Source of the DNA: Prasinococcaceae sp. CCMP 1430
Taxonomy: Eukaryota > Plantae > Prasinodermophyta
DNA: 64,000 bases
NCBI GenBank assembly: GCA_013416795.1
Contig: RQSC01000056.1
Span: 35,621 to 99,620 of the forward strand
Direction of reading: 5' to 3'
Part shown: in pieces, positions 1 through 11,498 of the stretch
Numbering within the stretch: the first letter of the stretch is position 1
How the letters are laid out: every line of letters begins with the position of its first letter
Translations under genes and position numbers: made by a program
The notes under the pieces: generated by a model
What the model was told of the DNA's origin: nothing
The model's database searches: none
What the model saw: the letters and a program-made list of their open reading frames with translations, nothing else

Positions 1-1369
1 CCCCCCTCCTCCCCACACCCCCCCGCGCGCGCGCGCGCGCGCCGCGCGCGCACCCGCCGCAGCGGCACCTTTTCGGCTGTTCGCCTGATACGTTGACCGC
101 ACCCATATTTAGGGTTTATGTAATTAAGGGTCTATAATTTCCTGCAAAGCAGTGCCGTTTGACGCGCGCGCATTTCTGGGCGCGAGGTTTGGGTACGTGC
201 GGTGGTTGACCCCTGGTCAGGGGGGGGGGGGGGGCGAAGCTCTCCCCGCATCGGCAGCCCGTCGGAGACTCCCACGCATTTAAGGTTTGTGGCATTGAGG
301 GTCTGTGAGTATTCCTGCGTGCGATGCCATTTGAGGTGCGAAACCGACGGCGCGCGGTCGGTTCGGGTGCGGTTCGAACATGTGGCTCGGCTGGCGGTGA
401 TGGGGGGGCAGCGCCGCGCCGAGGCCTCGGAGGCTGTCATCAGTGGGCGCCGAAGCTCTCGCGGAGACGAAGGGGCGCCCGTCGGATCTCGCACCTCCCA
501 CACCGACGAGGGACGGGCAGCGCCACGCACACGCGCGGCCGGCGAGGCATGGCACCGACCGACCCACAGACAGACAGGCTGATGGCCGAGGGCCGGCGCC
601 GGCGTCAACGCCGCGCGGCGACGAGCGAAGCCTCCCAGCCCCGTCGGAGGCGCGTGCTGCGGCTGGCGGGTGCGTGAGTGAGTGGAAGCAGCTAGCAGCA
701 CGTGAGATGCGAACCCTCGACGGGATGAAGACCCCAATGCTGTTTGGGTTGGGCTGGTCACCTTGGCGCGGGATCCAACCCAACCGACCGACGTGCGCAT
801 TCCACGGCACGGCGCTGCGCTTCGATACCAAACCCTTTTTCCGTTGCCTCTGTACATAACGAATGAGAATGGCGCTTCTTACGGTATACTTTACAGTGTC
901 TGTACCTTAAATATGTTCGGGTTTTGTACTGAGGCGGGCCCCGGCTGCGCGCGATCCCGCGTGCCGAAACCCAATCCGGGCCCCCCTCCCCACCGCGTGC
1001 GTTTTGACCTGCCCGACGCCGACCCCGGTTCGCGCCCCCGCCGACCGCGGTTCGGTCGCGCCGTTTCGCTGGAGATCCCGGGTCTTCTGTGGCGCTGACC
1101 CGGTCGGGCCGCCGGCAGACCGGGGTTCGCGCCGGGCCGCCCCGCGCGGGCGGGCCAGCCCGATCCGCGCGCGCAATCGTCAATCGCGGTCCGGGGCAAA
1201 ACGACGGAAGCACCCACCCAAACGCCATATGAAAAGGATTACGTTGATTGAATGCGGAGGTATAATAGTGTGCGATAGGATGGGAAATGTGCGGATGATG
1301 CGGGTCGGAAAGTTTCCTTATCCGCGCGGGCCCGCGCGCGCGCGCAGTGCGGCGCGCGCGCGCCGCGCA

Positions 1370-1560
1370 CGCCACCACGTCGACCCGCCGCCTGCCGAGC
1401 CCGCGCAGGCCACCGGCGCATCGCCGTGCCATCGCGCCGCGTGGTCCAGGCAGCGGGTGACGTGGAGGTCCCACTCCTGCATGCTCATCGCGCGTCCGCC
1501 TGCCCCGCTCCGCCCCGCGCGGAGCGCGGTGGAGGGCGGATGGCACGCCCTCTGCCACAC
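1370..1560 (-). CDS. 5' exon/fragment of an AMP-dependent acyl-CoA ligase (long-chain fatty-acid/DmdB-like)
   Basis: MSMQEWDLHVTRCLDHAARWHGDAPV (ATG 1488) resembles the N-terminal MQdwpL.v..iLdHAa.wHg motif of this ligase subfamily; downstream exons not located in 1-1370. Confidence 0.45.
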
Positions 1561-1701
1561 ACACCACTCCCCCCCCCCCCCCCCCCCCCCCCCCCCGCGT
1601 GCGCCGGCTGCGGCTGCCCCGGCAGCCCGCGCAGCGGCAGAGCCTGGCGCTCACGCACACACGTGTGCCAACGCCGCGTAGGACGACGCGCGCGCGGAAT
1701 C

Positions 1702-1743
1702 ACCCACGGGCGAGTCATTGAGACCCACGGGCGAGTCATTGAG
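1702..1743. repeat. Perfect 21-bp tandem repeat ACCCACGGGCGAGTCATTGAG x2
   Basis: Directly visible at 1702-1722 and 1723-1743, between divergently oriented genes. Confidence 0.9.
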
Positions 1744-2273
1744 AGGCCAAAACGCCTGCGCCGCCGCGGGCGCTCGCGCGCCGCGCGTCGCGCCACTCGA
1801 ACGCATGCGCTACGCAACCTCATCCGTTCCCATAATTTCCAGGTGGGTGCGATTGTTGGCGCAAATTCCGATTCGGTCGGATTCGATGGGATTTGACGCG
1901 CGCGTTGCACGTTGCACGTTAGTTCTATTTGAAGGTGGCGTGTTGGTGTGTTGTTACTCTCTCTCGCGCTCGCTGTCGGGCTGCTGCGTGCGTGCGAGGC
2001 GAGGTCTTGGCGGCGCGGGCGCGGGGGGGGCGCGCGCGCGCATCGCCCTCGTCCGCGCGGGGATGAGCCCCGGGGTGGAGGCTGAGCGCGCGGGAGGGCG
2101 CGCGGTCGGCCCGAAGGGGCAAATCCTGGCGAGGCGACGCGACCCTCCGGACGCCCTTCGCGCGCGCACATTTTTTTTTTTACTCCCGTGTGCGCCGCGA
2201 GGCGCGCTCGTGTGCGGGCGCCGCGCCGCTTGCCCTGCGCTCTGCGAGCGCGGGGGTCCGATCCTCCCGGCGG

Positions 2274-3219
2274 ATGGGCTGCGCCATGGGCACGCGATCG
2301 GGCGGAGCGCGATCAGCGACGCGCCTCGGACGCCGCGCGCCCGCACGCGACGCGGGAGCGGCTGAGCGCGTGCGCCTGGTGCGCGGCGAGCGAACCGGCC
2401 TCCTTACTGACACCTCTGCCCTTGTGTGCGCCTGCCGCCGCCTCATCCTCGTGCCGCCGGGCCGATCGTCGCGCTGCGACGCGCAATTGTGTGGAACTCT
2501 TCGCGCACAGCTGGTCGCCGACATGGCCAACAACCCGGCCCTGGTACGTCGCGCCGCGCCCACCGCCGCCCACGCGCGGGTTAGCCGCGCTCCGCCAGCC
2601 CCCGCGCCAGGCGGACGAGACGTGCTGCTCTAGCGGACGCCGTCAGTGCCCCCTCGGCCGGTCGCGCTGGCGGCACAGGGACCGACGGCGCGCTTCATCC
2701 CCCATGCTCCCATTGCCACTTCGACCGCCGGCTGACGCCCTCCCCGCCGCTCTCGCCCGCTCTCCCACAGCCGCTGCTCGCGAACATCTTCGGCATCTTC
2801 ATCCCGACCACCTTCCTGATCGTGCTGTGAGTGCGGCGCGCCCGGCACGCGCCTCACATGCCCCCCCGCTGCACGCTCGGCTCGGCCCCTGCCCGCACCA
2901 GCGCCGTCGCACGCGCCGGCCTGCTCCACGCACCACGCGGCCAGCGCCGATTCGCAGTGCGTGCCAACCAGGGTGCTAACCATCCTGTCCAACCTCATCT
3001 TTTCCCTCGCGCTACCCACTCAAACAGGTACATCAAGTCGAAGTCGCAGGGCGAGGTCGAGGTACGTGCATGTTCCCACGCGCGCGCGCGCGCTGAATTC
3101 CCTGCCGTGCGCCGCGGAGCAGACCTCGCGCGCGCCTAGCGGTGTAGCGAGATCGCGTCGTGTTGTGCTTGCTCCGTTGCTGACCCATTGCCCTCGGCCA
3201 TCCCCGCGACCTGCAGTAA
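2274..3219 (+). CDS. psbM: Photosystem II reaction centre protein M, nuclear-encoded, multi-exon
   Basis: Exons 2511-2543, 2771-2826, 3028-3061 and a stop at 3217-3219 (ctgcag|TAA), all GT-AG, give LVADMANNPALPLLANIFGIFIPTTFLIVLYIKSKSQGEVE*, matching PsbM (LFILVPTAFLLIIYVK). The upstream transit-peptide exon/start near 2274 is uncertain. Confidence 0.8.
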
Positions 3220-3432
3220 GCGACTCGCTGCCAGACCGCCTTCGGTGCCGCCATGCCCGCGCTCGCCGCGTGGCTTGCCGGTGTGTAACAGAGCGAGATG
3301 TCTCACTATCCAGCCGCCACTATCCAGCCGCGCGGACCCCGCTGCGCCGCGCTGCGCGCAGAGGAGGCATGGCAGGCAAAGCTGTGCGGGCGCGGGGAGG
3401 GGGAAGCCGCTGGGCGCGCAACGTCCGCATTT

Positions 3433-4495
3433 TTACTCGTCATCGTCGTCATCGTCATCAGCACCGAAGACGGCGAGCGCTGCCCGCTCGATCTTGCCGG
3501 CGTCGCCAGGGGCCGTCGGCGGCTCGGCGGGTGCGTCCTGCCCCGCGGCCGCGCCGGCGCCCGCGCCGGCCAACGCAGCCTCGGGCATCTCGCGGCCGGT
3601 GAACTGTTCGGGCGGGGGCGCGAATGGGTCAGTCCGGGCAGGTGCACACAGCTGGGCGCTCGTCGGCTCGGGCTTCCCTGGACGCGAGCAACGCGGCCAC
3701 GGGGCCACCCCTCGATGCCGCCGAGCGTGCGCACCTTGTTGAAGAGAGCCACCGGAAGGAACAGGATGTTGAGCAGCAGTGCCAGAATCTGCTTGCCCGA
3801 GGTGATGAGGAGCCCCACGCCGACGAGGATGCCTGCAGTCTGCAGCCGCGTCCCCCACTCACCGCGGCCCTCGGGCGACCCGAACGGGTTCCGGAAGAAG
3901 CCGCCGCCGCCGCCGCCGCCGCCGCCGAGACCCTTGCCGCTGTCGCCGCCGTCGTTCCCGCCGCCCGAAGCGAGCCACTCCGCCTCCTGCGCGTGCGGTG
4001 CCGGCATTCGGGAGAGGCACACGCGCGGTCGAACACGCGGCGGAGGCGAGTCGGATGCGCAGAGTGGGTGGTTGGGGGGGGTGCGGAGAGGAGTGAGCAG
4101 GGCAGGCGTCAGCGATCGTGATATCGCGCTGCTGGCGAGCGCTCGCCCGCCCGCAGGCGACTAGCGGGCGTCGTGCTGGCGTCGCGCGAGCGCACCTGCT
4201 TCTCCTTCTCCTCCGCCCAGTTGGCGAAGTTCGTCGCGTCGCGCGACGCGCCCCCCCCGAGCGCCTGCTCGAGCGCCTTGCGCGCGGCGTCCTTGTCGCC
4301 GCCGCCAGCGGCCGAGCGCGCCGCGGACGCGCCCGTCGCGCACGCCGCGCGCATCGCCGCCGTCCTAGGAAGGAAGGGCGGGCGGGGAGAGAGAGAGATA
4401 GAGAGAGAGAGAGGACCTGCCTCACCAACGCCCTCGCGCACCCCGTGTGCCGACCCCGCCCGCAACCTCCGCGAAAACCCTCCCGCCATCATCAT
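3433..4495 (-). CDS. Conserved green-lineage glycine-rich membrane protein (probably plastid-targeted), multi-exon
   Basis: Exon peptides DAARKALEQALGG..FANWAEEKEKQ, a poly-Gly stretch with FF, a TM segment (GILVGVGLLITSGKQILALLLNILFLPVALF) and an acidic tail ending at TAA 3433; resembles plant AARKALE.ALGGK glycine-rich proteins. Confidence 0.6.
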
Positions 4496-4833
4496 CACAC
4501 ACGCGCTCGCAAAAAAATAAAATAAACCGGAAATTTCAGCCTGAAATTCAATCCAAAATTCACCCAATCTAAAAATCCGACGGGCCTCCATGCGCGCTCC
4601 TCCTCGGCAGCGTTTCGCGGATTCCCAAACGTATTGCACCCAAACCGCTGCATTTCGCGGCGAGCGCTCGACAATCCCTCCTATGAGACGTCGCGTTCAT
4701 GCCACTCGAAATTGGATCGCGATGCGCGTCATTCAAATGTTCGTGAGTCAACATGAATTCGCTTTCGTATCAAAAACGCGGAACGATCGCGAGCTGAGGG
4801 GAAAGCGCGCAGTTCCGGGGCGCTGCGCTGCCG

Positions 4834-4864
<31 letters not shown>

Positions 4865-5124
4865 CGGGAACGGCGCGCGCGCGCGCCCGGGGGTGCCACA
4901 GCGCTGCCCCGCGTGCCCCCCTCCCCCTCCCCCCTAACCCCCCCTCTCCCCCCCCCAAATACTCCCCGCACTGAGGCGGGCGTGGCGGGGAGGGCGTGGC
5001 GCGGGTGGGGTGGGGTGGAGCGCCGGCCGCGAGAGCATAGGAGTGAGGGGTGGGTTCTTCCCCGCGCGGCCCTCGTCGGCCGCGCGCGCGCGCGCGCCCC
5101 AGGGCGGCGGCGCGGCAGGGGGCG

Positions 5125-7238
5125 ATGGCGCAGCGCCGGCGCCGCCTCACGTACGTGCTCGACGCGGCGGACGACCACGGCGACGATCGGCACTGCGCTG
5201 GGGTGAACGCGCTCGTGGCGTCGTCCGGCGCGGGGGGCGGCGGCGGCGGCAGCAGCTGGCTCTGGACCGCCGGGCGAGACTCGTCCGTGCGGCGATGGGA
5301 TCTGCGGGGCGCCAAGCCGCGCGCGGCGGGTGCGCTGCAGGGACACACCGACTGGGTGAACGCGATGGCGCTCCTCGAGCGATCGCAGAGCCTCGTGACG
5401 GCGTCGTCCGATCGGACCGTGCGCTGCTGGCGCGCGGACGGGAGCGGCGCGTGCGTGGGCGTCGCGCGCGAGCATAACGACTACGTGATGAGCGTGGGCG
5501 CGGCGGCCTCGGCGAACAGATTCGTGAGCGCCGGGCTCAAGGGCGAGGTCTTCACCTGGGATCTGGCGACGATGGTCGCAACCGAGCGCATGCCAGAGCC
5601 AGAGCCCGCCGCCGCGCTGTTCCACGCCGTCAGCGTGTACGCGGCCGCGATGGACGGTGCCGGCAACATCGCGGTCACGGGCAGCACCGACAACGTCGTG
5701 CGCGTGTGGGACGCGCGGGTGGGCGGCGCGGCCAAGCCGCTCAAGCTGCTGGGGCACGAGGACAACGTGCGCTGCGTGGCGGTCAACGCCGAGGGCACGA
5801 TGGCCCTCAGCGGGGGCAGCGATGCGACCATCCGGCTGTGGGACTTGCGGCAGCACAGGTGCTCGCAGACGCTCGCCGTGCACAGCGACAGCGTGTGGGC
5901 GCTGGCCGCCGACCCGCGCTGGACGAGCGTGCTGAGCGCGGGCCGGGACAAGCGCTGCTACCGCACGGACCTGCGCTCGCGCGAGAGCAGCCCGGCGTTC
6001 GAGAGCGAGACGCCCATCGCGGCCATGGCGGTGGAGGCCAACCAGGCGAGCGTCTGGGTGTCGGGGCCGAGCTCGAGCGTGCACAAGTGGTTCCTCGAAG
6101 GGGGCGGAGGGCGGCGCGCCCGCTCGAACGCGTTCGTTGCGGGCACCTCGCCGATCGCGCACAAGCGCATGGTCGAGACGGCGGAGGCCAAGGGCGAGGT
6201 GCTTGCGACGCCCGAGCAGCTCTCCCCCGCCGCGACCATCGAGGGGTTGCCGGGCATCGTCCAGCACCAGGTGCTCGCTGACAAGCGGCACGTGCTCACG
6301 AGGGACTCGGCGGGGCAGGTGGCGCTGTGGGATGTGGTGGCAGGCGAGCAGACGCGCTCGTACGACAAGGCTGACTTTGACGAGACCTTCAAATCCATCG
6401 AGACCAAAGACGTCGTCACCTCGTGGTTTGCCATCGACGCCCGCCTCGGCCGCCTCGCGATCCACCTCGAGTGTCCTCAGTGCTTCCGCGCCGAGTGCTA
6501 CTCCGTCGACCTCGGGCTCGGTGGAGAGGATGACGTGCGCGTGTGCCCGGGCGACATAGTGCTCCGGTCGCTGCTGAGCAGGTGGGTGGACAAGCAGAGG
6601 CGTGCGAGTGGCAGCAGGCGCAGCAGCAAAGACCCAGCCAAGGCAAAGGGCGAGGCGGTCAAGCCCCTGGTCGACACGCTCGCGCCGGCTGCATCCGTCG
6701 TCACGGCGGACGCGTCCGGGGTCACATGGCGAAAGGCGGCCACGGACCTGACGGGGGCCGAGGGCGTCGATATGTTCCCCGAATGGGTGATTGATTGCGT
6801 GCTAAGGGACACCTACCCCGTGCCTGCAGGCCTCAAGTGCTCTTTCAGGCTTCTGCCTGCTGAGGGCAGCAACTTGGCGCCGATTCCCAACCCCAAACTC
6901 ACAGCACCGCGCATCCTGCGCATTCGCAAGGTTCGTCGATCGGCGCGCACGCTGTGCCCTTTCCGCGCGCTGCACGGCGTGCGTGCACGCCTGGTGTCTG
7001 ACCCTGCCCTGCGACGCGCCCCGCGCTCTGCTGCTGCGCGCGCCTGCAGGTGCTCAAATATATCGCTGGCAAGCAGGATATGAACGCCAAGGAGCAGGCA
7101 CGTCCCGCCCACGAGCTCCTCGAGGTCATGTGCAAGGGCCAGGTGCTACCGCTCGACTACTCGCTCGCGGCCATCCGGGCGCACGTTTGGAAGCGACCAG
7201 AAGACCTCGTGCTCACGTTCCGGCGCCGCAAGGCGTGA
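5125..7238 (+). CDS. WDR48: WD repeat-containing protein 48 (UAF1, deubiquitinase activator)
   Basis: RRLTYV..HCAGVNAL start, WD40 repeats (GHTDWVN, GHEDNVR, VHSDSVW), WFAIDARLGRL, and C-terminal LTAPRILRIRKV..LEVMCKGQVLP..IRAHVWK; intron 6931-7049. Confidence 0.92.
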
Positions 7239-7567
7239 CCCTTCGTGCATTGACGGGTGGGCGCGGGGTGGATGGGCAGGGGTGAGCGGCACAGGTGCCT
7301 GTGGGGCTGCGCAGGACGTCGGCGCACGCGCGCGCGCGACCCGCTGCCTACGTGCCTTCCCCCTTCCGCCCCGAACCCTCCCGCACAGACCAGGCTCTGT
7401 CGTTGCCTAAATATCTGCTGGCATTGTTGTATTCGACAGGTGCGCGCGCCGAGGGGTCTCGCGAGCGCGGCGTACGTTTATTATTGCAGTTGCGCCGCGG
7501 CTTGCGCGAGGATCGCGCGCTCGGCGCACGGAGCGTCCGTCCGCGCGCTGCCGCCTGCGGCGGGCTA

Positions 7568-8232
7568 TTAGGCGCTGCCGGGCTTCGCGGCAGCAGTCGG
7601 CGCCGCCACGCCCGACGCTGCGAAGGGCGTGCCCACTTTCCACGGTCCGAACTGCCCCGAGTACATCGCGCTGCCGGCCATGACGACCACAGTCGCGCCC
7701 TGCGCAATGACGCGCATGCGCATCATCTTCTGGCTGAGCTTGACGTTGTTGGTCTTGAACGCATACAGGCCTGCGGGCGAACACGGCGGTGTGTGCGGGA
7801 GAGGGTTGAGGGGACGCGAGTGGATTGCGACAGCCGTGTGTAGCGCGGAAGAGTGCCGGGAGTGGCGTCAGCGAGCGCGCGGGCTGCATCTCGCGCGCTC
7901 GACCCCGGCGCCACTGGCTCCGTCGCAGACCGCGCGGGCCGCCGGCGCGCGCGAGCGCGAGCGCTCGGGACGAGCGGCCGTCCCCGCGAGAAACGCACCG
8001 GTGCACAGAACAGCCGTGGTAACCAAGGCGCCGAGCGGCACGAGCGGGTTCCGCCTGGGCTTGGTCGCGAACAGGTCCTCCTCGATGCCGCTGTCGTCGA
8101 GGAGGTCGCCCGCCGCGGCGACGGCCGCCGCGGGCGGCACGACCGCGCCATCTTCTCCACGGGCAGCACCTCCGCCGCAGACGCGTCCGCCTCCGTCCCT
8201 GCGCCCGCAGACTTGCTCCCCGAGGCGCCCAT
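7568..8232 (-). CDS. HIG1-domain respiratory supercomplex factor (RCF1/HIGD2-like)
   Basis: RNPLVPLGALVTTAVLCTG|LYAFKTNNVKLSQKMMRMRVIAQGATV across an intron at about 7771-8000; stop 7568. Start uncertain because the ATG at 8232 is out of frame with the domain. Confidence 0.8.
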
Positions 8233-8973
8233 GTCCCGCGCCGAGCGCGAGAGAGCCGCCCCCGCTCCCCCCCCCCAGCCCCCGCAGCAGCGGCAGCGCC
8301 GCGGCGTGCGCGCGCGCAGTGGCGCACCCGCGCGCCCCGGCCACTTTCCGGATATCACCACGTTCCGTCGATTGCAGATAACGTACATTTCTACGCCACA
8401 AATTACGGAATGTGCCCCGAAAATCGAACGCGGCGCAAGCAACGACCCTCCGCGCTCCTTTTTCTTTTTGTTCTTTTCTTTTTCTTTTTCATTAAATTCT
8501 CGCACCCGTGCGTTCGCACGCGTCCTTTTTGCCACATGCATGTGGGCGGGCGCTTTCAGTGTTTCCGCGGTTCGGAATTTGGGATGGCGGGGTGGGCACG
8601 CAGCGGGCACGCGCGCTCGTCGAAACGCGTCGAGGGGCTCCGGAAAAGCTTCGGAATGAGGTGCAATTTCGCACGGCCCTCCGCGAAAACGCCCAGCGTC
8701 AGACCGATTTCGAAAACGACTCAAAAATGGAATCCATGTGAAAGCGCCGAATATTTGGAACCCCTTTCAGGTGGTGTTCAGTTCAAAATATGTTGGATTC
8801 CTTCGCGGAGCGCATTGGGATTCCGTATGGCAATTTGTGTGTTTTGGGGGGGCGGCGGATTCCGTCCGCGCGCGGGGCCACACCGCGCGCCCGTGCCGTG
8901 CGCGTGTCGCGTGGGCGCGTGCGCGCCGCTCGCGGGTGCCCCGGCCCCGCCCCGCTCCGCCGCGTCGGCCGCG

Positions 8974-9204
8974 ATGTCGGGCTTCTCATTCAGCCGCCTC
9001 GTGTCGCTGCCAACCAAGCAGGCGTACGCGTACGTCTCCAAGTTCTCCGGCAAGGAGCTCGGCCCGATGCTGCGCGACTACCAGAAGAACCACGTGGAGA
9101 AGGGCACCTCGACGCTGCTCATCCACTGGGCGCTGGCGTGCGGCACCGTTGGATACATCACCAAGAGGAATAACACGCTGCGCGAGATCCAGGCGGGGCA
9201 CTAG
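8974..9204 (+). CDS. Mitochondrial ATP synthase subunit f, plant type
   Basis: 76 aa; DYQKNHVEKGTSTLLIHWALACGTVGYI resembles plant subunit f (Y.EKYI.TSSV.P.LH....M.FSY); single TM and a His-ending C-terminus. Confidence 0.65.
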   Translation: MSGFSFSRLVSLPTKQAYAYVSKFSGKELGPMLRDYQKNHVEKGTSTLLIHWALACGTVGYITKRNNTLREIQAGH

Positions 9205-9817
9205 GCGGGCCCCGAGGCGCACGAGCACGTGCGCCCACGCGCCCACAGGCGCGCGCACGCCACCGGTGGCGCTGCGCGCACTTAGGGTTCGCACTCGGGA
9301 GCGGAGCGGACGCGCACGCGACCGGGCCGGAGGGGGCGGCCGCCGTCTCCCGCCTGCCGCACGCATCTTCGGTCAAGTGCCGCTCACGATGCCGAGGCGC
9401 TGCCCTGGGCGCGCTCCTGCGCGCAGACCCGCGAGGGGGCGGCTGGCCTGGCCGGCTGGCGCCCCGCTAATTTTTGTCGTTCATTTACCCGCTGGAGTGC
9501 GCCCCGGCTCGCGCAGGCGCTCGCGCCGCGATGGCGCGTGCCGCGCCTGCAGGGGCGCGCTGGGTGGCGTTGGCCGCGATGCACCCGAGCCGGTCACCGA
9601 GCGGTGACCCCCGAACCTTGGCGCGGCGACGGCGCGCGCTCTGTGTAGATGCCCTCCGCGGTGCTGTCCAGAGCGTGCGGTGCGCTGCGAGGCTGTTGCG
9701 CAGGTGCAGAGAGACAACATGTTACAACCATTGGCGCGCCGCGTCGCAACGCGGCACATTCGCGAGGGAGCGCATGGAGGGTTGCCAGTCGCTGGGCCTC
9801 AAATGAGCGACTCGCCC

Positions 9818-10253
9818 TCAGGCCAGCGGCGCTGCGGCGCCCGCGCCCCGCATCGCCGCCGTGAGTCGATCGCACTCGCTGCACTTCTCATCGAGCTGCG
9901 CGTGCAGGTCCTTGAGCTCGGCCGTGTGCAGCCTGAAGACCGTCGCGTTGGACTCGAGCTCCGCGAGCGCAGCAGCGAGCCGGCTTTCGGCCTCAGCGCG
10001 GGCTGCCTCAGCAGCGTCGCGCTGCTCGCTCGCCGCCGCCGCCTGCGCTCGCGCCGCGCTCAGCTCCCGTCGCAGCGCCGCAGCGTCGCCGGCCGCGGCC
10101 GCCTCGCTTGCGCGCGCGTGCACGCCGCCGCTCGCAGCGAAGTCCGCGCCGCTACCGCCCGGCACGTCCGCGCTCCCGACGTACTCCGCCGCCGCGAGCG
10201 CCGCCTCCACCACACCGACCGCCTTGGAGAGCTCCTCGAGATTCTCGCAGGCA
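9818..10253 (-). CDS. C-terminal part of a coiled-coil protein, 5' end lost at the N at 10254
   Basis: Heptad-rich Ala/Glu/Leu sequence (LAELESNATVFRLHTAELKDLHAQLDEK) with coding-like codon usage. Confidence 0.5.
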
Positions 10254-10343
10254 NGCGCGTGGGTTGGGGCCGCTAGGTGCTGCGCGGAGCGTGGGCGAGG
10301 GCGTCGGCGCGCCAGCCCCGCCCCCGCTCCGCCGGCCGCCGCG

Positions 10344-11306
10344 ATGGCGGACTACCACACGGTGTACGGGGGCGCGCGCCGCGAGACGACCGAGTGGGGG
10401 GACATGCAGCGCGCTCTGGGCAACCTGCCCGGGCTGCCGCCCGAGGGGAGGCCCGACGCATACGCGCCGCCAGATCGCGCCGAGGTGGGCAAGAAGAGGC
10501 TCGACGCCATGGGGGAGGGCGAGCTGGACGGCCTTGGGTGAGTCGCGCGGGCGTCGCCGGCTGCGAATGCGGGTGCCAAAGCGTGTGGTGTGTTGCGATG
10601 TGGTGTGCGTGTCTGCGTGCGTGTGTGTGCGTGGCGGAGAGGGGCTACGGCTGATGCGTCCGCTCGCTGCGCGTCGCCGTGCATTCGCCCTCATCGCGCC
10701 GCGCACGATCGCATCAGCTCCTCCTCCGACGACCTCGCGGACGACCGCGCGCTCGCGGCGTATCGCAAGCAGCGTCTCGCCGAGCTCAAGGCGGAGGCTG
10801 CCGCGCGTCGACGCTTCGGCGACCTGCGCCCCATGTCTGCAGCCGAGTGGACCAAGGAGGTCACTGAGGCGAGCGAGGAGTGCCGTGTGGTCGTCCTGAT
10901 GGAACATGCTGGCGATGCGCCCTCGGACGCGCTCGCGGAGTGCCTGGTGGCCATCGCGAAGCGTTGCCCGCGCACGAAGTTTGTGCGCGTGCCCGCGACG
11001 GATGCGGTTCCGAGGTACCCGCAGCGGCTGTGCCCGACCGTGATCGTGTACCACAAGGGTGATGTGGTGCAGAACATCGCTGGCAGGGAGCTCGCGGTGT
11101 TCGGCGGTGCCAAGCGGCTCACGCCCGAGAGCGTCGAGCTCGTGCTGGAGCGCTGCGGTGCGCTGGATGGCGAGGAGGGTCGCGGCGGCGCCGGCGCACG
11201 CGAGGAGCGGGCGCTGCAAGCGGCAGCCAGGGCGATGGCCGACCAACTGGCTGAGGAAGAGCGCACGGAGGCCGAGGAGCGAGCGCGGGACGAGGAGGAG
11301 CCATAG
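10344..11306 (+). CDS. PDCL3: Phosducin-like protein 3 (PhLP2/PDCL3)
   Basis: TEWGDMQRALGNLP; YRKQRLAELK..RFGDL; WTKEVTEAS; TKFV..YP...PTVIVY; intron 10538-10717. Confidence 0.88.
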
Positions 11307-11498
11307 TGCCCGACGCGCCATGTAATATATGTATGCGCATGTACAGAGGTGAAGTACTTGCAAGCACCGCGAGCGCGGCGATAGAGGCACGTGCCTGCGT
11401 GGGCGCCGTCACGGAGGCCGCCACGGCGCGGCGCGGTTGCATCGCTGGGCGCTCGGAGCGATGAGTTAAGTACAAAACAATCGGGTGCGAGCGAGCTC

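Noticed and set aside
108-117. TTTAGGGTTT telomere-like unit (similar words near 13511 and 27828)
   Set aside because: Isolated single units, not arrays; at most telo-box-like and compatible with chance
4729-6465. Long antisense or alternative-frame ORFs (e.g. 4729-6465, 28512-30401, 32092-33630, 51090-52709)
   Set aside because: Shadow ORFs caused by high GC and the codon bias of real genes; Arg/Ala/Gly-rich with no motifs
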